In this document: positions 35,601-47,600 of the stretch, one piece after another
How positions within the stretch are numbered: position 1 is the stretch's first letter
Layout of the letters: the number at the start of each line of letters is the position of its first letter
DNA from: Acanthaster planci
Taxonomy: Eukaryota
NCBI RefSeq assembly: GCF_001949145.1
Contig: NW_019091355.1
Location: forward strand, 3,020,646-3,084,645
Reading direction: 5' to 3'
DNA: 64,000 nucleotides
The notes under the pieces: generated by a model
Databases searched by the model: none
What the model was told of the DNA's origin: nothing
What the model saw: only the letters and a program-made list of their open reading frames with translations
Program-made: the position numbers and the translations under genes

Positions 35601-38600
35601 GTAACTTCTGGGCAACACTGGAAAATAATGGTGCACTGAGAGGTTTCAACAGGTTAAGTGAGAGATAAATAATACATACAAATGTATTCAATCACAAACT
35701 AAACAGCTAAAGTAGGTGTTATCTTTTTTATTTTGAATTTCAATATTTCTCCAGCATTAAGCATCAAAACCAAATAATCGACAAAATCAAATTATGTTTA
35801 ATAACAAGTAACTTTTGGAAAAGAACTGCAAATTTAGTTTTGCTTTCAACAAAGGGGCATTTTCAAAGCTTTTCTTTTTATTTTTTCGCAGCATGGTAAT
35901 TGAAAACAGCTGGGACGCTCCAGCAGCAGAAATGCACGGCCCACTGAATGCTGGGTTATGCCTGATTAACTTCATGTACATGTACGCTTTGCATGAAGCT
36001 TGTCGTTTATGTTGATGTCACTAAAAATGAACAAGCGGGTAATGTATAGCTAAAATCTAAAACTACTTGGCTCCGTACAAATGCATCCTGAGGTTATTAT
36101 CCTTTTTCCTGCCCTGAAAAAGATTTTTTAAAAAGATATCCCCATTTGTGTTCGGTACTTTCATGCAAAAAACGACTAGAATCAATTCTTAACTTGGTAT
36201 CGGAATTACGATTCCGCTTTATTGAAGAAAATCAATTCTGTTTCCCTTAGATCCAATTCCCAAAGAGTCAAATACAAAACGGTCTATGTCAAATTTATTC
36301 CTTTGTGCACTTCCAATAAAACCTTAAATTTCAAACCAAGTTAAAGGAAGATCCACAATCATGTTTACATGTACAGAGATGCATGTACGGGTTCATTGTC
36401 TCATGTACAATTGATACAACATCCCAACAGTTGGCACTTCTTTTTTCATATTTTTGCTGATGACAATTGGAATCCATTATGAGCGGCATCCGATTCCTGG
36501 AAATGCAAGGATATTGCCAGACACCACGCTCCACCCCACAGTGACTCGACCAGAACTGGGCAGTCACAAATATTAGGCAGATAGATCATGGCTTATTCTC
36601 AACTGGTTAAAAAGGCCCAGGAAGCACAATACTCTTTATGTTAGATAGGACTTTATCTTCGAAGCACAATACTTTCTCGGCCACTGTCTACATGTACTGT
36701 ATGTCTCAAACAATATCGAATAGGGTGACTAGGCAATGGTTGAGACATCGTCCACCACACAACACGTCTTCTACATAATCATCAAATGTTCTAATCATGT
36801 ACATGTAAGTTGCATGTGTTTGTTAAATGTATTTGAAGTTCAAGAAATAAACAAACATCACAAATATGGAAAATCGTTTGAGTCCGTACAATGCAATACA
36901 TTTTGATACATAATAATTAATCCATTTGTTATAATATGGGTAAACTAAATGGACATGTTTATGAGAACGTGTGTCATATATCACGTCAAGTTCCTGTATT
37001 ATTTCACGTACTATGTTCCGAGCACAGACATTTCATTGTCTGACGGTGAAATGACCTATTTGATATACTTGTATTGAATCTCCATGACTCTTAATCTTTG
37101 TAAAACCAAATCCACGGGTGGCAAAGCAATGTAAATTGGCATCTACTTTGGTTTATTAACATTCTTGGTTTTTTCCACTTGATAATTTCCTGCATTTTCT
37201 GCAACATTATGATGAGATGTGATTGAAAATCATGATGGATTCTTGCAACATCACAATCCACTTTTGCCAAAGCCACCTACCTAACCTAAGCATGGGTAAA
37301 TCTGTTCTCAATCTTCAACTTTCATAGATGACTTCTTAGGAAAATCACATTTTCTACATCTAAAGGCAAAATAATCTTTTAGCAATAGCAATATATATTT
37401 TTCACAAAAACAGTAAATGATTATATTTGACAATGGCCCACTCTGTAAATTCCACAAATATATTCAACAAAATGTAGCTCCTAAACAAAATTTAAAAGTA
37501 ATTTTATCACTCAGCACTCCCTACTTCCCAACCTTTTCCGAGAGGCAAATATCAGAATTTTTTTTGGCCACTATGCCTTATTTGCAATTCCGCCGTCATC
37601 ACCATTTTCCAGCAAAAGGCCTCTGGCAGCCAACAGTGTGTTATACCCTGGGTCTTTTGTCAGCCATCTTTTGCTTCAGTGGTTCCGCCTGCTGTGTGCA
37701 TCGTTCTGTGAAAGGTTCCCATCTCAGTACAAACAACTTGACTATGGGAGATCAGGATGTATGCATAAAGTGTACGGTCCAGTGAGCAGCCTATAAAATC
37801 TATACCACATGTACATGGCTGACCCCTGTCCCTCCAGTCCCCGGCTTTGTTACCTGCCCACTGAAGCGCAAAAAGGCTGGCTGTGAATTAGGGATTGTAT
37901 TGGAAGTTTGTGGCTCTTTTTCTGGTACCAAAACTGAGCTTCATAAAACTTTATCGCGAAACTGCACAACAGGAAATGTACAGGTACATGTACACCTGCC
38001 ATCTCAACTATTTCATTGCTATGTGGAAAGCTGCGAGGTGAGGTGTTTCAAAATTGGTCCTGCAGATAACAAGGTCCACTTGTTTTCTGGCCCCGTGCCT
38101 TTCTGCCAAAGACTGGCACAGACGATATACATACAATAGCCAGACCTTGAGATTCGGGGAACCTAAACCAGTAACCACAGAAAAGGCACACCAATGGAAC
38201 AAAGCGTACAAAGAAATATGTAGAACTGCAGGTGTAAGAACACAGACAAAACAACCTCCCCCTTTTTTTCTTGAATCCGTTTACTCTGACTCACAACTGC
38301 ATGTGCGCAGAGTATACGTATTTCTCTGCACTTGCAAATCCTTACACAAGGTTAATTTTTTAAAATATAGAAAAATAATAAGCAAGATTGAAGATGGTTG
38401 TACCGCTTTGACATTTTTGCTTTGATCCTTTGTTTTCGTTGAGAGGTGTTTGATAAGGGGTGGGCGAGGCATCTGTCCGCTCGAAGCTCTCTACTCTATG
38501 CGCTTGTTACTACTGAATGAAAATACTTGAAAAATGACGCTTTAGTTCACCATCACCGCCACCAGCAGCTTTTCATTCCCTCTCAACTTGGACCAGTAAG

Positions 38601-41600
38601 TGTCCAGAGAACCCCAATGACATTCAGGGTTTACACACTTTCACCTTGTTACTTGATATATTCATTTGCAGCTCCAGTTTTGCCACAGTGAAAGCCAGAT
38701 AGTGCAGGCAATGGAAATGCCCATCTCTGACAGTAGCCCGACATTTAACAAAAACAATCGGCAGAGTGAAGAGGTTCTTGGGAAATGCAAGTAGTTTATC
38801 TGCACTGAAAATGTCTCCTTTGAATCCTCCAAAGAGATATTCAAGTTGATATTGTGCTTGTTTCCTCCTAGCAGCAGCCTGACAATTTTATTTATCAATC
38901 CTGGAAAGCACAAGAGCACAGCAGAAAAATGTGCCTTTCAAGATACTACGCAAATGGCAGAAAGAAGACATTGCATTGTGGTGAGCTGTAGCATAACCGT
39001 GAAAGTCAACTGTGAGAATTAAGACAAGAAAGCATAGTTGAATGTTTACAAGGTCACTCCACTGGGTTTCCAGATCTTGCTCTTTCCTTGTTTAATATCT
39101 ATTTCGACCCTCGCAAATTACACCATTGACATAGTAACACTTTAATTTTTTTAAGGCATGCACTAGAAACTGCACATTCAATTTGCACAAATCATTGACA
39201 GAACACCAACTTCTTGCCAGAAAATAAACAATATTCGCACTTTTTTGTTTCACTTTGTCAAGTTCATTTGCTTTATTGGAGTGAACAGGAAACATCGAAA
39301 TCACAACAGCTCTTCGATACAAACAACCAACCAAAAAACCACTTAATACAGACTGAATATTAAAGGTACATATAGTCGGCTTACAAAAACTGCAAATGGT
39401 TACATTGGGTAAATAAAACCATCACCACTTGAAAAAAAAGGAAAAAGAAATTTAAAAAAAGGGACAAGACAAACTAGAAAGCAATTCACAGACCAGCAGA
39501 AAGGCTTCTTGTTTCTGAAAGTTAAAATAAAGCCAATGATTATCTTAAAATATGTGGCCAAGTTAGCTTAAACTGTTAATGTTTTGGTGGCAGTATCCAT
39601 CTACTATAAGTTGCTGAAAACAACAAATAGCAGCAGAGACTTCTAACCCATACACTGTTATGCAGTTGTTGCTGAACTGAACTGATCACGGCCCAATTTC
39701 ATGGTGCTGTTACTGCAGAATTCCAGGCTTACGATCTCCATTCTGCGCTAACCATGCTAGCAGAAAAATTCCTCGCTAACCCATGAAATATATTCCCCAC
39801 ATGCACAGAAGTTTCTGCTACGGTAAGCGCCAATTTTTCGCAGGCAGTAAGCAGCGCCATGAAATTGGGCCCCGAACTGAACTGTACACCGACATAAAGA
39901 TTTCTGGACCAGTATGCATAGCATGTATGTGCCCGCACAGTTGAACACACTCTTGCTGGCAATAATAACACTCTATCGATTGCCAAGGCCACATTTTTAC
40001 GGCAGATCTTACGCTCAATCACGAGGATCTGGAGTTATGACGAACTACATGCCCATGTACATGTCCGTGAAACGTAAAACTCCAAGTTCCGGGGAGACCC
40101 TATGAAAGATTGTAGCCAAGCAACATGCAATGTCTATTCACTATTTTTTTTTTAATATCAACCAAGTCTCATCTGTACCTTAAATCATAAATATGAGGTG
40201 TGTTTTGTATTCCTTACTTCGACGAACGTAAACTTTCTCCTAGAACATTAGGAGTATTTCATTAAAGCAAGAACTTCACCTGTCATCTGTTGCTTCAAAA
40301 CATCAACAAATTGGGGACAGCTGCATGTAGAATTGCTGGCTTGTCATTTCTGCTTCTTCTGTGTTTTTTGGCCAGCTGGCAAAGTCAAAATTGGCTGTGA
40401 ATCCTTCTTCAGCCTGTACCTTTTCTACAGGACTTCAGGATTTGTTGGCTTGCCTTGCAGGCATTTTTGTTTATATTTTTTTTTCAATTGTTTTGACCTC
40501 TTGGTTCAAGCTTTATCCCCAAGCACCTTCCCCAACCCATCAAGATCAGGACAAGTGTTAAGCAGTTGACTGGATGAGGTCCTGAACAGCCAAGCTGTCA
40601 CTGTAATTTACCCTGACCTGTTCCTTCTTTGCACAAAATGATATGCAATGTTCGATCCTTGCAAACTTTGTGATCAGTTCTTGGGGGTTACGCTAAAAAA
40701 AAAATACACGTACCACGCATGATGCTGTATTTATTAGTAATAAATCAGAAACACAGCCCACATTTCAGACCAATGAGTCTTCATTGCCAATCCGTTTTCT
40801 ATTTCATTGTTTCGTCAGATCAAATCTGTGAAAATACAATGTACTTGTCCATAAATGGACACCTGAGCTCGACAAAGCTGGTCCAGTAAGTCCTGTATAA
40901 CTTTTAACAATCCACTATCTATTGTTAACTTATCTGATTTTGAGGACTTTGAAGGCAAGACATGCGAACAGAAATACTCAGACACACTCACATTAATGTG
41001 AACACTGGAACTTCCCTGGGAAAATTTCTCCGTCTAATTTCAACTTTTGTGTGTGCGTAGATCCCTTAGCATGGTCGTGGTTAGCTTGCAACTATGTCGC
41101 AATACCTTACTGATTTTTTCATATAACATTTCACAAACACTGTCCACAGGAAATACAAAGGGGTCAAATAAACAGAGTTTAAACTCCCTAAAATTAATGC
41201 GTTTCACAATACAGTCACAGCTACCCTGACGATGTGGGCACAGAATGAACAACTCTCATCACAAAACACAGTGTCACGTCGGCTAGTTCCGGTTTTCAGT
41301 TATAAATTGGTATTTACAGTATAGCAAACAATAATTCATTCATTATTTTTCTTCAGTTCTACATTTCATGATTATCAATTCTCCATTTAAATACAGCGTT
41401 CCGACTTTATCCACTACATGGTATCCCCTAGTTACAAATCAAATCATGATTATTTTTCTGATGAACATATCAATAAAATCCTACAGCTACTGTGCCCTTT
41501 AAATAAATTTATACATAATTTACACACGTCACCAAAACGGACATACCAAAAAAAATGAAATAAAAAATAAATTAATGCAAGCAACATGCATGCAACATGT

Positions 41601-44600
41601 TTCATGAAGGTAAAGCATAAAGCTGTCATCTGGACAATCCAGATGTGTCGAGGAAATTCTGCGTACCACACTGAAACGCAATTGTTGAGAAATGATTGGC
41701 GTCGGTTTGAACTTTCTATGAATCCACTGAAGTTTTACTTCCGAATGGGTTTTGTCAAAATCCTTGAAAGATTTGACGGAAATAGTCTTCATTCAAGAGG
41801 TTTGTAGAAATGGCCAGGGTGACAGCAGGTCAGCGGGCAAAACAGACCGAATGTGACGGCTTGAAACGACAACTTTAGGTCAGCGAGACAGACAGATCGT
41901 TTATTTCAGAAAATGAATCCATACGCGCGTATGCATTCTTAAATAATTTGGCTTTCGGTTGGTAGTAGAAGCAGGATTCTACATGCATTTCTTTAAAAAA
42001 AAAAGGAAATGGTGTATTTTGATATCGGAAAAACCACACTGCAAAGCTCAATTCAATGTCGTTCAGAAAATGTTAGTGTGAACAAAATGTTAACAGCAGT
42101 CATTGCAGAAGGATCCGAGAGTAGTGTACACTGTGTTTATGCCCCAAACACCAGGTCAAACAGGAACAAGAGCCATTATGCGTCATCTTTAATNNNNNNN
42201 NNNNNNNNNNNNNNNNNNNNNNNNNNNNNNNNNNNNNNNNNNNNNNNNNNNNTTAACTTTGTGTGAATGGGGAAGGTTAGGTTCACTTCAGCAACCCTTA
42301 GGCAGATAGGGTTAAGGGTAAAATGACATTAGCATTTCTCCCCGGTGTAAGCCCTAAACACAGTGCATTTTGTGTCCGACAAATACTCAAGATTTGTTCA
42401 TGATGGACTGCCTGCGCAGCAGTGGTGAACAGGTTACCTGGTTTAGTCACCTCCACAGCTTAATAGCTTGTTATTGGTGGCCCAGTGGCGCAGATGAAGA
42501 GAATGAGTCCAGCATTGGAAAGGAGAGAGTGAAGGAGCAGGAGTGATGTTAGCCACGGCTTGTTAGCGTGCATGGAGTGTATTGTTAGGAACTGGTTTCG
42601 GCTTTACCTTCTTCCTTCACTTTGGGAGGGTCGGTGGCTGTCTCGTCTTGGGGTATGGCCGCAGCGGCCGCGGCCGTGGCAATCAGACTGTCTGCAGAAT
42701 GCATGGACGTGGCCGGCATCAGGCTCTCCGTCACTGCCGTGGAGACGGAGTCTGCACTGATGGTTGCGCTCGGAGAGGAAGTGGGAGGCGGCAGGGTGGC
42801 AGCTGTGACAACCGGCGTGACCCCCCGCAGGGCAGAGACCAGGCTGGGCAAGGGAGAGCTGGTGGCTGCGGGTGCATGAAGGGAGACGGGGGCGGGGTTG
42901 GCCACGCTCAGTCCCGGCGGGGCGAGGGTTGACGCGGGCAGGCTGGCCAGGCTGGTGGAGGACGCAGGCAGGGCAGAGCTGGGCACGACGAAGGGTCCCG
43001 TCAGCATGTTCATGGTCTGGTGGGGGCCTGCGGCCCCTCCGGCCCCCGGCAGCCCCTGAAAGGGCAGGAAATTGGCAGGGACCTGGGAGGCCAGGGCAGA
43101 CTGGGCCAGCTGGAGGAAAGCGGCATACTGCTCCCGCTGGGCATCCGTCATGCTGGCAATCTGCTGCTTCGTCAGGGCGGGCGGCTGGTGCTGGGGCAGC
43201 ACATTGGGCCGGAACGTGGGCGAGCCAATGGGTGAGGCCATCCCCCCCGTGGGCGAGGCCATAGGGCTGTGGTCCGGGTCATTCACCATCTTGTCAGCAC
43301 CATTCTTGGTAGTGAGAGACAGATCATGACGCACCTGCCCATTAACAATCTTGTTACGTAGGATTCTATAGGTCAAAGACAACAAATAAAGTACCATTAT
43401 GTAATAAAGTTTTTCACTGGTTTAGATTTAAACCAAAAGATCATTACAAATTTCTCTCTTTCTGTCGTATTCAGGACTAATAAACATTTGAGAAAGGAAT
43501 CCATAAAAAGAGTTTTATGGCAGTTTTTCCAAGTAGTTTTATTTTGCATTAGAAAGAGCTAACCGACTTCTTTGGTTTGATTGTTGCCGTAAATCTGGCA
43601 TCCTGGTGAAAATGGACATTATTTGGGTAAACATTTGACTGATTTGCACTGTGCAAAATTTCTTGAAATATCTTCCGGTCAAGCATGGCTCTAATGACAG
43701 GGATTTAGGTAGTATCACATTAAATCTACATTTTCAGATCTGTGTTCTCCCTGGTTTAGCTCGCCAGAAAAAAAACTTTCTCCACAAAGCAATTCAAAAC
43801 TGGAGCACATTTACTTCTTAATATTATTACATGTAATTATTTATTTGGCCAACACAAAACAACACAACAGTGTTCTGCCCACTATGACTTCAAATGGAGC
43901 TTAATTGCCCCTTAAAAAGTTGAAGAAAAAAACCAAAACCTTTGGGGTCCTCCAGGGGTGGAGTTCGGGAGTTGTGGAAATATCGGCAAAGTGACCCCAG
44001 CTACATGCATTCTTGTAGATGACTCTCTGATGATCCAAATTCTACATTCACTACTAATGCATTCCACGATAGAACGACTAACAGATGTTTCAAAATAAAA
44101 ACTATGTTCCTAATGTTACTTCTTGCATGCTTGACCTGCGTTATGCTGACTCATTGCAATAGTCGCCAGATATTACAATTCTGGCAGGGAGGCAGAGTGT
44201 GCTTAACCACCCATGCAGATAGACCAGTCGGGCCTCTGCACATGATGCGCCTGAGGCAATACACTTGTGCGGATTGCGGCGTACACGTACACATAGTTCA
44301 GGGCAACAATGATTACAATAGCGGGATTGTGAGGGAAACTGGCTTTGTTGAGAATAATGACGTGCAAGTGAGGCAATCGGAAAGTCTGTGTTTCTAGAAG
44401 CACCGTGCTCTAACAGTACTGCGCTTAAGAATGTACGTGTAGATTCACATCTAGCCATGGGACACGGTAGTTCCCCTTATGAATATATCTACAATAGTTT
44501 TTGTGATAGGTTATGTGTCCCCCCCCCATAATCTCTCCCAAAAAGGTTTGTGACGTCAAAAAGATGACCAGAAACGTGTTTATGCCATTATTATTTACCC

Positions 44601-47600
44601 CAGAAATAACCTAAATCTGAAATCATCCAAACCCAACAGATTCCTTGTTGAAACCATGGTTTTACCACATCAAACGATTTGAAAATTTACTATGGGGTGT
44701 TCAGAAACTGATTATGGCTTGTATAATACTTGTCATATGCAAACAAGCTACATGTATGTATTTCCAAAAAGAGTCAGAATTTGTTTATGGTCCCTAAAAC
44801 TCTTCAAGAGTAAAGTAGTCTGGTAACCATAAAGATGAAGACAAAAAAAAAAAACCCCAAATAAAAGCACCACACTACAATTTCATTGTTAAACAACAAG
44901 TACTGTAACGCAGTCAGGATACATCACATAAAGAGGAGGCCTGAAGCATGGCTGAATGAGCAGTGAAGGAACCATTCTTTTTTGTACATGCCCTTTCATC
45001 CATTCAGCGAGTGCCTTTACTTCAGCATGGTGTGCCAGGGTTTGGTCAATGGGGACACACACAGATGACCCCGGCGTGGAACCAACTGAATGGCGTCCCT
45101 AGTCAGCCGGCTAAAAGTTAAGCAGTGGAAACAGCGCCTGCCTTTACTCTTACAACAGTGTCTCCACTCAGACGTGAAGGCAACACAAAGATGGTCGGGG
45201 CGGGCGTGAGGACAACAGGCTGGGAGGCCTACTTCGCCCCTGTACTGCGCAGTGTCTGACACAGCAATAATAAACAAGTCCACCGCAACTGACAAACTTG
45301 TTTTTCAGGAATGCACGGCGGCATAATGAGCCTGTACAAATGGTTCAATTCTTTCTCGCTTGTGTCTTACCAAATCCAGAGGTTCTCATTTTCTTGCAAG
45401 AGGACATAATCAACAAGTGATTTACTAACACGAAAGTCATCATGTTACTTCGAGAATAAACATTCTAAATAGTCCTTGTTTATTATTATCTTTCCTGAAG
45501 GTCAAAAACCATGGGTACACCTTTAAATCACAAAATAACATGGCTTGATTTGACTGTTTGTATTAGGTACATGTATGTTTTTAAAAAATCCATAACAACC
45601 AACAGCTATAAACCAAGCAATTTTCAAAATTATTACACAGCGTGCATGATAATAAGAGACAGCTTTAAACATTTTTCATTTAATGGTAAAATTGACTTTT
45701 AGGTAGTCAAATGTGCCCCAAGACCACAAAATCAGCCACAGGGCCATTTTGTGTTTCACTATGTCCCGTTTTAGTTTGGATTTAGGAAGAGCAGACACTT
45801 CTTTGTTTTGATGTATCAGTCTGGCATCCTATTAACGACAATGGAAATTATGTGGGTGAGAAATGTTGATGGTTGCTCGTGATTCATAATGACAACATTG
45901 TATGCAGAGGATAAGATATTGTGGGTTTGGCACGGGTCCTCGCAGACGCCATCACAGGCTACGTTAGAATCCGTCCCACTGCCGTCCCCCGTTTGCTGTT
46001 CAAGACCAAGGCTGGGTGCACCTGTTCAAAGTGGACAAGTCAAGGGAGGCTAGGGCGATTTGCCGTACAGTCCTGTCCGGCTAGGTCACTTATTTCAGTA
46101 ATTGTTACACCTCGATTTGTGTATTTTTTTTTTGTAACTACGGCGACTGTAAACTGTACCTGTTGATGGAGCTGACGCTAGGCACTGACTCCTTGGTGCA
46201 CATGCCCTCTAGCAGCAGCTTGTCGCGGATCTCCCAGGCAAAAATGGTGGGGTTGTCCCGCTTGTACTCGGCGATCTTGTCCACCACCATTGACGTGGCA
46301 ACTTTGGGCTTGCTTCCCCCGATCACCCCCGGCCGGATGGAGCCCGTCTCCTGGTACCTGTGGCCATCGTCAAGAGGGTTAGAGAATTATCCTTTATTTT
46401 TATTCCTTTTCAATCATTTTCCCCAGTGAACAGAGCATGCCCTTTTCCTCTGACCCCTTTTTGAAAGAGTGGGCAAGAAAATTGACGACAAGTAATCACC
46501 TTTTTTGGCAATTTGTGAAGACAGGACATTGACTGGTAAAGCCCTCTCCGAGCTGTGACATCGAACAATCATGAACAAGAGAAAAATGAGCGATACCGGT
46601 CAGGTTATCGCCTCACCCCCCCCGTCATCAACCCCAGATGTCATTAACCCACGTACCGGACGAGAATCTTGCTGACACAGCCGTGCGAGACTTTGAGTTG
46701 GCGCGAGATGTCACAGGACCGTACCCCCTTCTTGGACAACTCCACGATGAGCTGACGAATGTGCACTGGCAGCGGGCGGCCATTGGCAAAGCTGCCGCCA
46801 AGCTGGTTGACTCCATCACATTCTGAGGCACAAAAACAACAAATAAAAAAGGATTAATGAGAACTGTTTGGCCCCACCACTGTTTGACTGGCCAAAAAAC
46901 TTGGCTTTTCGACTCTGAAAATGATCTGATGTACAAAACAATCATTCTTCATGACAAACCAAAAATGAGGGCACAACATTTTGAACCCAGCACAATCACC
47001 ATCAATATTTTGCCACGGCAAAAGTCTGCAGCAAGTTTTACATATTTTAATTCTATAATATACATTTTTAAAGTTTCTTTTACCTCTCATCACAGAAAAA
47101 CGGACAACCTTAGTCTGCAAGACACTGCAAGTTATCTAGAATGTCTACATGCATTTAAATGATACCAACCACAGCTTTATTATATCCTTGCATCCAAAGT
47201 GTCAAACTCAACTTAGAAAAAGGTACAATATCCAACTGTTATGTCATTTCATTAAAGCCTCCAAGGTGTTTGGAATTTTCAAAAGAAACTTAATGTTTTC
47301 ATTTTAAAAAGAGCTATACGATAACTAACAAAAAGAGTTATACAAGACCTAACAAAACTACCCGTGCGATATTCACAAATAAAATGCCACAAATGTAAAA
47401 AAAAAAGACTTTTTTTAAAAACTTGGAACATATACTACAAGCTCATCAGTCAGGCACCCTCTTGAAGGGACATACAAGAGTTATCAGTTAGTCTCTGGAA
47501 CTAGGTTTCGGTTTCATTGTTATCACTTCTACTACCCAAGATTGTAGAACTTGTTCGCAAAATCACTAGTAAACTGTCTTTGAGTGTATACATCAACTCA

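Noticed and set aside
40300..40425. Minus-strand frame [40 protein letters not shown] as an alternative Pax exon
   Set aside because: The acceptor lacks a convincing polypyrimidine tract and there is no homology or other support.
46160..46822. Paired-like domain of a Tc1/mariner transposase
   Set aside because: It is a spliced, full paired domain close to Pax2/5/8, with no DDE domain or flanking TIRs.
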